A DNA stretch of 54,050 nucleotides, taken from positions 1-54,050 of the forward strand of contig JAHBMJ010000219.1 in assembly GCA_018398765.1 (NCBI GenBank), written 5' to 3'. Both the position numbers and the translations under genes were made by a program. Positions 1 through 21,906 of the stretch are shown here, one piece after another. The notes under the pieces are model-generated. The model was given only the letters and a program-made list of their open reading frames with translations. It had not been told where the DNA came from and made no database searches. How positions within the stretch are numbered: position 1 is the stretch's first letter; each line of letters begins with the position of its first letter. The stretch comes from Chromera velia. Lineage: Eukaryota.

Positions 1-12749
<12,749 letters not shown>

Positions 12750-14816
12750 TTTGTTTCCAGGCGTTTGTCACAACTCAACCAGTTCTCTCCCGCGAATGCT
12801 CATGCACAGGCTCTGCTTCGCTTTCCTTTCCTGCCTTACAAGCTGACGCCTCACACCGCATTTATGATCTTGCAAAGGCCATTTGATCGACTGTAACCGC
12901 GGGCTCATCAATGCTCGTCACCTCGGCTTTGCAGTGCATGAAAGGGCCGGCCACGACCCCCAGGCTGGCCGCGCAGGATCGAGCACCGCGCCGACCGAAT
13001 TGGCGCTGACAGTGCCCAACCCGCGGGCCCGAAACCCCTTCATATGCCGGGGCTCCTTGGGAGCACGGCAACTAAATTTTATTCCTTTCATACATTACCT
13101 ATAGAGTTCGGTAGCTAGTAATAGCTAGCCAGCTAGAGTTCGCTAGTTAGCTAGCTACTAGCTAGTGCTAACTAGTGCATTGCAGTCCGGCGATTCCGGC
13201 GTTACCTCAATATCTTCTATTAGTCGCCCCTAGGACCGGGTGGTGAGCTCAATATCATCATCATTAGTAGATGACCAGATCAATGAGCTATCGATATCAT
13301 CATCATCATCATCATTACCCCCTTGTCACTATCGACTCCTTGAACTGAGGCCGCAGAAGTTCAGAATAGTCTTGAACTTTGTTGCAGAAGTTCAGAGTAT
13401 GCTTTGAGGTAAAAGATGCAGAACTCCGGAGGATGCTGCGGCCGAAGACCGTAGAACGTCGACGCGCAATCAAGACGCGCACGGCTCGAGACGCCCACAA
13501 TCAACGCATGCATAAATTATGATAGATACTAGACTCTGCGTAAAACTACATGTGTTTTGAGCCGTTCCGAGCATCTGTATGCAGTGTTATGCACGTACAT
13601 AAATTGTTGATCACAATAGATCATACCAGGATCTTTGGATCAGCTGTGGCTTCATTAACAAAGTCATTGTGCAAACTCTTTTGGAGTTTCCATCCATTTC
13701 AAAATTCAAAGAAGTTTTGTATTTGAGAGCCAGACCTTTTTTCTGTATAACTGCTTTGAATCCTTCTGCTTTTATCAGCTTATCTCCGTTTTCAGTTCAG
13801 TTCTTTTTTTAAGCGTGCACCCAAGAAGGCTAAGATAGATAACGCTTCTTTTCAACAGGTAGTATTGCATTGAAACCGTCATCATAGCAGAGACCCACGG
13901 TCTCAACTAATTTAAACCTATTCAAAAACGTGTCTAAAATGGTAACGCGTCTGGAATGCATTGATTGGCGACGATATTTAAGTGGAAAAATGCATATAAG
14001 AGAAGGTGTGGTTACACTATGGTATTGAACACTAGTAAAAATTGACCTAGCGCAGAACTTCAGAATAGACTTGAATGTTATAAGTGAATAGAGCAGAACT
14101 TAGGTTGAATTTGAATTTCCTAAAAAGTTTCAGTTAATAGTGACAGGAGGGTAATTATCATACGCTATCATCATCAACCCATAATAGGCGTACGTCTAAC
14201 ATAGGCTTGGTTTAGCATTCGGCAAGTCATAAAATACAAGGAAGATTGTTAAAGATGGACCCTCATTCGGCAACATTTTGCAACTATAGCTATGACTAGT
14301 TTGACAACATTTGACAACTACATTTTTTTTTTAACTTTTCTACTTCTGGTAGGGCATGCTTACGCATGAGCGAGGCTACTTCAATGTAACTTCATATGAT
14401 GTTGACCTTAGTTAACCTATGTTGACTGCCAACTATGCCACGCCAGTGACGCCATCTCATAACGCCATCCTTTTTCATGTTTGTACTTTCTAAGAATTTC
14501 TTTCATCTATCAGTCCTGAGCCTAGTTTCCCTTCTTTTCTATTTAATGACATATGTAGAGACATGTAAACATGCATATCTTAACTCACGATAATTCAATT
14601 CAACACTAAGTTTTTCTGAAGTTTTTCATACTGCTCACCATCTATTAAATAGTAGATCATAAAAATTATCATAAACTAGATCACAAATGTTAAAAAAAAA
14701 AATAATAAATGGCTACATGTCATTAGAAGTATGATTCGAATATTATATAGTATGAGCTAACATTTGAGCTGTCTGTGCATATCAGTGCATGACCTTCAAA
14801 AAGTTATAGGTATTAC

Positions 14817-15219
14817 ATATACCAAGCACAACTCAATTTGGCACGATTACGATTGTGATTGCAAATATAAAAAATATTTTTATCACGTAAACAGTCTTTT
14901 AAGACTTGCGATATGTTTCTAATAATATTTGTAAAGTCTGTGCAAATGTTCACGTTTGTACGTGCTACCGATTACGTTTGCGAAAAATATGAAAATTCAA
15001 AGTCAGGATTCGTTTTTTGGCCGCCCAACTTTGAATTTTTATATTTTTTGCAAACGTAATCGGTCATGCGTATGAACTTGAAAATTTGTACAGACTTGAC
15101 GAATATTATCAGAAACAAGTCTGAAAAAACTGTTTCCGCGATAAAAATATTTTTTATATTTGCAATCGCAAACGTAATTGGCTGTATGGGTTTGCCAAAT
15201 TGAGTTTCGCTTGGTATAT
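14817..15219. mobile_element. Foldback/MITE-like element: about 190-bp imperfect inverted arms with a 24-nt spacer
   Basis: The left arm ATATACCAAGC...TTCAAAGT (14817-15003) is the reverse complement of the right arm ACTTTGAA...GCTTGGTATAT (15028-15219). Example pair: CCGATTACGTTTGCGAAAAATAT / ATATTTTTTGCAAACGTAATCGG. AT-rich and non-coding. The inverted repeat is directly visible; the transposon identity is inferred. Confidence 0.65.
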
Positions 15220-15626
15220 TAAAAACTGTCGCTTAAATTCTTACTTGGTTAAACCTTTCAAATTCTGTTTGACTTGACTCATAAGTCAATGCAGTGCATG
15301 AAAAGCAGTGGGAAACATTATGCAAACGACTCTAGAAACGACTTGAGAGAAGTTGAGACGGACAATGAAGAAAGGGGGGTACTGGGGTAGAAAAATCGGA
15401 GGTAACAAAGACACCTCGTTGGAGCCTACATTGGAGCTCGATCATGGTAGAGAGTTTCCGAACTTAGTTTCGAACCTTAAAGCAGATGCTTGCTGGGAAC
15501 AGCATCACAACTCGAGGTACCACTCTGATTTCGAGGCCCGGGTTGGTGGTAAACAGGCGCAAATCGATCCACCAAAGGTTCGAGGCCTCTTTCAGTCAAC
15601 TGTGCGTTTGGGGTGTTGGGACGTTC

Positions 15627-16759
15627 TCAGGACCAGTCAGCTGGGATCCCAAACGCCTCATTGAAAGCCTGCTCTGATGCCCCGCTTCGAGTACACCAGA
15701 AATGACGCAGACACTGAACGTTGTCCACCCAGCGACACCCTGAGGAAGGGAGAAGAGGAGGAAGGGAGGAAGCAAGGAGGGAAGAGAAGGGAGGATTAAG
15801 CATCCGCCGAAAGAGACTGTAAGGCTTGTTAGATCGAACACAACTTTGCTGCACAAACACAAACCTGCTTGCTGTGCCGTTCCAAGGCGTTCCTTCATCT
15901 TGAGCACTGAGTTGTTATCAACCTCCTTGAGAGCCTGTTTTTCTTTTTCAAGACTCTGCAGTTGATGCACACATGGTTCACATGAAGTCTGCCAGTTCTA
16001 CCTCAAATTTGCGTAAAGAGATCCCTCGGTAAAACACTGCACAGAGTTTTGCTCCGCAGTCAATACTGACCAAGCACTTTGCTTCGAGGCCGTGCATGAG
16101 CTTCGTCTTCTTCTCCAAGTCGACCTCGGGGATCGCAGATGCGCTTCGAGCTTTGATGAATTCGTGCTTCTGCTGGACATCGGATTCGAGCGATTCGACC
16201 TGCTTCGTGAGTTTTTCGCGCTTCTTGCGTTCGGCCGCCAGGTCATCAGAAGGCAGGCTCCAATAAATGTTCTGAGAGCCAACTGAAAAAATGTGAAGCA
16301 GAGGAATCATGCAAAGCTCATGGCTCCAGCCATGTCCTTAGAATGCCAAGAGAACAAAGGGTGGCCACCTCCCGGACTGACACACGAAGCCAGCCAACCT
16401 TTGTCGGTCTGCAAGCGCGAAGAGATTCACAACAGTGAAATGACATTTCGGCGGCGTCTTTCCCGACATTTGAGTCTTTCCGACAGACCTTCACTTTGTC
16501 ATCATCAATCAGAGATTGAAGGACTTCCTTCACGGCTTGGACAATGATGCCTGCCTCTTTCCCGAGCTTCTCCAGTTCCTTCAAGGTGAAGAACTCCTGC
16601 TTGTCTGATCGGCAAAGCATATAACAAACGAAACAGGGATATATAGATCGAATGTAGGCTATCACCGTCAAATGACAAGCCAGGCCAAACAGACTCACCG
16701 TGCATGACTTTGAGCAGACGGTTTCGCTTCTCCTCAAAAGAAACTCCTTTCGGCGGCAT
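15627..16759 (-). CDS. MND1: Meiotic nuclear division protein 1 (Mnd1), 6 exons
   Basis: Exons 16759-16699, 16604-16489, 16408-16399, 16282-16071, 15955-15865 and 15739-15627, all GT-AG and phase-compatible. Protein: MPPKGVSFEEKRNRLLKVMHDKQEFFTLKELEKLGKEAGIIVQAVKEVLQSLIDDDKVKTDKVGSQNIYWSLPS...GCRWVDNVQCL...FGIPADWS. It carries the Mnd1 hallmarks KGxSxEEKR, FxLKELEK, VKEVLQSLxDD, KxGxxNxYW and RWxDN. Confidence 0.95.
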
Positions 16760-17255
16760 TGTTGAAGCTGCGCCTTTCACTTGCAAAGGACACGCTTTGG
16801 TGAGAAGGTGGAATCGCCGCACGAAAGGACCCGGCGAGTCAAGCTTCCATCCACAAGAGATGCTGACGCGAAATCGGCACACTTTGTTGACGGGAAGTTC
16901 TGCTTGGGAGAACCCTTTGGGGTTCAGATGCAGTGTGATGGACGAATCCACGTATACGTGCACGTACGTATACGAATACATCCATGTACTAATATCGATA
17001 TCGATGCAAAAGAGCGACTGCGCGCAGGCAATATCCTGTTGCAAGCTCCTTCAGCTCGTCTGTCCCATCTGTATGTGCAAATTATATGCCAGGACGTATT
17101 AATATACGTTGTCATACATTAATGCATATGTAGAGAGAGAGACTCGATCTGACTGTTTCAGTCTATAGCTATCACAATTTAAGTGAAGAAGAACTCAATT
17201 AACTGCTGCAACACTGCACGCATGTGCACGCGCGTGCAACACGCGTGCATTAAAT

Positions 17256-17263
17256 TGCATGCA
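17256..17263. promoter_or_regulatory. TGCATGCA palindrome in the MND1/GNAT divergent promoter (candidate ApiAP2-type site)
   Basis: Sits in a TGCA/CACGCG-rich cluster at 17215-17275. The same motif occurs at 21527-21538 and 48694-48701 in the other two head-to-head intergenic regions. TGCATGCA is a known ApiAP2-bound motif in apicomplexans. Confidence 0.4.
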
Positions 17264-17626
17264 ACACAGTGCAACAGATATATCGTTGTTTCGATCAAAG
17301 TTAATTAATAGTTTTCAACAAGGACGAGCCACTGAGCGCCTCTGACTCCGTAGCATTCGGTACAGCCGCTCACAAAGAGCTCACAGCCAATCGCTGGGGG
17401 GGATTCACTTCTCCTGCATGCTTCTCTTTCCATGTATACGACCAGGGAAACTTCAATAAGCTGGTTTATCATAATCGCTCAATCGATCAGAGTTCTATTT
17501 ACGTTTTCGCATATATAGGAGTCACGCAAAGTGCCTCACAAGCTGGTCGTTTCCTCTTGTTCGATCACGTTCAAGCACAGAAGGGTCTTGCAGCACCGTG
17601 TCCGGCATTGTATCGATCTATTGTTA

Positions 17627-18154
17627 ATGACCGGGCAGGTTCAAATTCGGCCAGGCAGCCCGTCAGACATAGCAGCACTTGAAAGTCTGTACCCTCGCGT
17701 CTTTCCTGAAGAGGACCTCTTACCACTTGTCCAGAAGCTGCTGTCAGAGAAGGACCCCGTTATTTCTCTCGTTGCAACAGTCAAAGGAGCGACAGTTGGG
17801 CATGTCATCTTCACAATGTGCGGGATTGAAGGTGGTCCCTCGAAAATAGCTCTGTTGGGACCGCTTGGAGTGGACCCAGAGATGCAGCGTCAAGGAATAG
17901 GCACCATGCTCGTTCGGACGGGCCTCGACCAGATGTCTGCTTCAGGTGTGGTGCAGGTGAACGTTCTCGGCGATCCATCGTACTATGGTCGCTTTGGATT
18001 CAAGCCAGACATCTCAGTTCAGCCACCCTTTACTCTACCAGAGGACTGGGCCACTGCGTGGCAGTCCCTTCAAACTAATCCAGACAGATCACCCGTCTCC
18101 GGAAAATTGCAAGTTCCAGAGCCGTGGCAAGACATCAAGCTGTGGGCCCCATGA
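17627..18154 (+). CDS. GNAT-family N-acetyltransferase (YhbS-like), intronless CDS, 175 aa
   Basis: Starts at ATG 17627. Motifs: IRP, SLVATVKGATVGHVIFT, ALLGPLGVDPEMQRQGIGTMLV (acetyl-CoA motif A, QxxGxG) and VLGDPSYYGRFGF (typical of YhbS-like GNATs). Confidence 0.92.
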   Translation: MTGQVQIRPGSPSDIAALESLYPRVFPEEDLLPLVQKLLSEKDPVISLVATVKGATVGHVIFTMCGIEGGPSKIALLGPLGVDPEMQRQGIGTMLVRTGLDQMSASGVVQVNVLGDPSYYGRFGFKPDISVQPPFTLPEDWATAWQSLQTNPDRSPVSGKLQVPEPWQDIKLWAP

Positions 18155-19065
18155 CACTTTCTCACCAGTATTGATATTCATGAATTCACACATTTAAGGT
18201 TTTGGGAACCCATTTGCCTTACTTGCTTGAATTCTATGCTTTTGAGGGTCTTCAACTTGTGATTTATTTCTGACTCTGTCGGTTTCCTTGTCATTCTTTG
18301 TCTCTACGTGCATGTGTGTACCTTCCTGTCTGTTGAAGTCCGTCCATCTGCCTGGCAAACTATGTGCTAAAACTCCGGCTGTGCCGTTATGCGTCTGCTT
18401 TTGTCATGTTTTGCCTTTCTGTCTCTTTGGTAGCTGAATTCTCTATCTGGTCCGATCTGATGTTTCCATCCCGTGCGTATGCCCCTGTTCTTTTGTTTTT
18501 CTGTCTACTTGTGTCCGCTTGTGTCCGTACGCGAATGTGTGTGACGTCGGAAGACATCTCAGTCTCGGTTCGCTGGTCTCTGATAGCTTTCGCTGCCTCT
18601 GTATGCGAAGCCGACGAAGAAGAGATAATGGCTTTATTCCTGGCTGTTCGTCTCTTTGAGAACCGCGCGTGTTGTATTGTTTCACTTTGGGGGGGACTTT
18701 TGTAGATGACAGAACCTGTCCGTCGCATTGCTTAAAGCAGAATTTTCGAAGAATCTGTATTTAGAGCTTCTCCGCATGAAGAGCCCCTAAACGCCGTCTG
18801 GGTGGGCAGACAAACGGACACACCCGCTTTGTATCAAAGCGAGAAAGGAGACGCTGGAAGAGGATTGAATGATGCATTTTGTCTGCCCTTTCCTGAGCTT
18901 TTTGATTATTATCATTATTTTGGCTCTAATGAACTTCACTGACCAGTCTTGTCACTTTTCTTCTCTTCCGCCCCCCCCCAGAGCATTCTCTTGACAAATC
19001 TCCTTCCTTTCAGTTCCCTTCTGCGCTAACTTCTGCTTCGCCCTCGCTGTAGTCGTCTCTTAATT

Positions 19066-19140
19066 GAATGAATGAATGAATGAATGAATGAATGAATGAA
19101 TGAGTGAACTATAGTTAATGAATGAATGAATGAATGAATG
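19066..19140. repeat. (GAAT)n tetranucleotide microsatellite, two blocks
   Basis: Directly visible in the AT-rich intergenic region between convergent genes. Confidence 0.9.
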
Positions 19141-19724
19141 TTAAATTCTCATTTCTAATTAATAATTATGAATTTAGGTGGCTTTACATGAATAAAACTG
19201 TATTCAATTAAATGAATTTGCAAATTAATTTTAAGTTATATCCTTTATGTGTCTTAGAAAGCCATGTGTGTGTGTGTGCATATATAATCATATATATATA
19301 TAATGGTTCAACTATGTTCAGCTATAGTTTAAGTTACTTAAAATTACGTCCCTATTCGACACTTCAACTACTAGTATTGCGTTGTATTTATGGCTTTAAA
19401 TAACTTAGCTATATATTAATAAATGATTCAAAGTTTGAAATTTGTAAGATAGTCGAAAGTATAGTAGGACTATAATTTAACTAGTGATTTAATGATGATG
19501 AATGCTGCGCAATTTGAAAAGCGTGACTATACATGACGCAACAATTAACCTCATAATTGTTCCATGAACTGAATTGAATTGAATTGAACGGGCTTCTGGC
19601 ACTGATAAAGCAGCAGTGTCATCAGTGTGCTTGCTCTGACTTGCTTCTCAGAGACTCAGTCCTCCGACGCAGAACTTCGTGGCGGAAGGCTGGAGACTCA
19701 GAGAGTACCAGAATGGATCTCTCC

Positions 19725-21098
19725 TTACACCTGTGGAGGTGGCTCCTCCGTGATACGAGACGGTGAGTGTTGTGCAGGTAGAACCTCAATTGGGAATGCA
19801 GGTGCAGCAGTAGTTGTCTGTGCATAATTCCGAAGCGTCGGTCTTTCTCCTCGGTCTGCCCCCCCACTATGCCCGTCTTCTCCCCCACCACCTCCTAGTC
19901 CTTCCTGTGTAAAGAGATCCCCTGTTTCTTCGTCCCTTTCTTGAGGTACATGTTTCCCTTGTGACTGCACTGTCGCCATCTGGGTTGACACAGATAGGCC
20001 CTTCCGAAAGTTGACCTTCCCCTCTTGTTCTGAATTATCGAACATTCCTGTTCCTTTCCCCTTTGTCTCCTCCCCCTTTCTTGATCCACCCGTATCACTC
20101 TTGTCTTCCTTCACTCCGTCAGGCCACTCCACTGTGTCACCTCTCGAGGCTGACGAGCATCTCCGTCTCTCTCTCTGAAGTTCCTTCTTCTGTTCACGAT
20201 CGCGTTGAAATTTCCCCCACACCTCGGCTCTCCGAATTCTCTCAATGGAGGCCGAAAGACCTGTCATGAACAACGCCTGGACAATGGCAAGAACGAAGGG
20301 GGCTACTAGCAGCCTGATGAAGGTTTCGTAACCCGGCGCCTCCACAAGACTCCTCACAGCGTTACAAACTGGAGTCAATTCGTGGTTCACCTGCACCACG
20401 TACTCTCTCATCTCCGCCACCTGGTCTAAGGCCTTGCTGACCTCCCCCTCAAGGGCCAAATTGTCACCCGTGATGAATTCAATCAAACGCTGAACAAATG
20501 TCACCTTAGGCTGGAGGCCCTTCACAAACTGACTTGCTTGCTTCAACACGACAATCACGTGAGCAAGCAACGGTTTGACCTTACACAGCACGTCAAAGAT
20601 CAACGAAGAAACAACAACCATAGAGAACACAACCAGAATGCCGAGGGTGAGAATGAAAAAGAACCAAAAAAAGAGTCGGAGAACCATTTGTACCCTCTTC
20701 CCACACAAATGACGACTCAAAGGCCTCTCCTCGCCAAACACCGTCTCTCCAGTCTTTCCTGCTGTGAAGGTCATTGCCACTAGAGCGCAGGCAGACAGGA
20801 CAACATCTGCCACCTCCAAGGCTGTCAGCGCCTTCCGAACGCGATCAATCAACTCAGTTTGATCGAAGATGGCATCTGCCTTCGAAGATAGCTTAAACGC
20901 TGAGTCAACCACAAAGATAACTGCAACAATCTTCAGAGCGAAAGCAAGGAGTGCAACATATGGGACAGATCTAAAGAAGTCCTTACACATCGTCGCAGTT
21001 CTCCCCACACATTTGGTACATCCATTTGACCTCTGTGTCTTCTTTCTTCTGGGCGCTCTTTCCTTTGACGACGGGGATTGGCCAACTTCCGCCATCAT
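19725..21098 (-). CDS. Intronless four-transmembrane protein, 457 aa from MMAEVGQS, with resemblance to the proteolipid (PLP/DM20/M6) family
   Basis: Long open frame with four hydrophobic segments: VPYVALLAFALKIVAVIFVV, VADVVLSACALVAMTF, LFFWFFFILTLGILVVFSMVVVSSLIF and LLVAPFVLAIVQALFMTGL, followed by a charged C-terminal tail. The start codon choice is inferred. The family call comes from by-eye motif comparison only. Confidence 0.8.
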   Translation of the reverse strand: MMAEVGQSPSSKERAPRRKKTQRSNGCTKCVGRTATMCKDFFRSVPYVALLAFALKIVAVIFVVDSAFKLSSKADAIFDQTELIDRVRKALTALEVADVVLSACALVAMTFTAGKTGETVFGEERPLSRHLCGKRVQMVLRLFFWFFFILTLGILVVFSMVVVSSLIFDVLCKVKPLLAHVIVVLKQASQFVKGLQPKVTFVQRLIEFITGDNLALEGEVSKALDQVAEMREYVVQVNHELTPVCNAVRSLVEAPGYETFIRLLVAPFVLAIVQALFMTGLSASIERIRRAEVWGKFQRDREQKKELQRERRRCSSASRGDTVEWPDGVKEDKSDTGGSRKGEETKGKGTGMFDNSEQEGKVNFRKGLSVSTQMATVQSQGKHVPQERDEETGDLFTQEGLGGGGGEDGHSGGADRGERPTLRNYAQTTTAAPAFPIEVLPAQHSPSRITEEPPPQV

Positions 21099-21906
21099 CG
21101 CTTTGCATTCAGATACACCGTCTCGTCTCCTCTCTGGAAGTTCAACGGAAGTCTTGCGGGAGAGCCGTTCACTTGCAACTGCCAGCGCAACTACACAGAC
21201 TTCTAGGTTACTAAACAAACGGTTGTGAGCCGGGGAGTCTTGGAGAAAGCAAGAACTACGAACAGACCGCTTCAACATTGTCGGAGACCCATATACAGCC
21301 TGGGTTTGTGGGACACTCAATGCAATGCACGTATAGTATTGCTTGCACGCGATCCCGTAAAAACATCTTGTGCATGCAGGCATGGGGCACTTAACCGAAT
21401 GGCCACATACGCACCATGACGTCGGGGACTCGGGGCCGGGGGATGCAGGGGGGGTTCGCACGGACACGCGTTGCAACACTATACGCACGTTGTTTGCATG
21501 GACATACACTGATCGAGTGTTGCACATGCATGCATGCATACAGTTTCAATACGTTACGTATCAATACAGCACAAGCAACAGTCCAGTGTTGCTCTAGCTG
21601 TTGACAGACCGAGTCTCTGATGGACACAAGGGATCCTGAACAGCTCCCACAACGCTCTCTTCAGTACGCAACCAAAGAATAATAGGTGACTATCGTCATC
21701 GATTTCGTCAGTTTCTCCTCAAGGGCCTTCAAAACTGCTGGTCAGGGCGTTTCAAGGGAGCATGTGTTGCTTCACCTTGGCGCATGTATAGAGAATCTGT
21801 GGGATCCACCAAAAGCCACTGCGCGCTACAAGTACGAAATCTTTGTGTACATGACAACGGTCACGTAGTCTCCTGACATCAGAACAGAACCGAGCTCGAC
21901 ATTACA

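Noticed and set aside
12855..12875. Minus-strand GGCCTTTGCAAGATCA, reminiscent of the U2 snRNA 5' region
   Set aside because: The branch-point pairing sequence GUAGUA does not follow and the rest of U2 is not recognisable.
13006..13036. CTGA...stem...GAAAC resembling a hammerhead ribozyme core
   Set aside because: The sequence is CTGACAG rather than CUGANGA, and the stem junctions do not fit the consensus.
13355..14620. Recurring CAGAA(G/C)TTCAGAATAG-like words at about 13355, 14053 and, inverted, 14600
   Set aside because: Too short and degenerate to define an element by eye; probably decayed repeat remnants.
15353..15664. 103-aa plus-strand ORF
   Set aside because: Non-ATG start in the track, overlaps the MND1 3' end antisense, and has no recognisable motif.
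21099..21539. N-terminal 147 codons of the 604-aa ORF
   Set aside because: They run through the TGCATGCA-rich promoter/5' UTR and do not look protein-like. MMAEVGQS is the more plausible start, though this is unproven.
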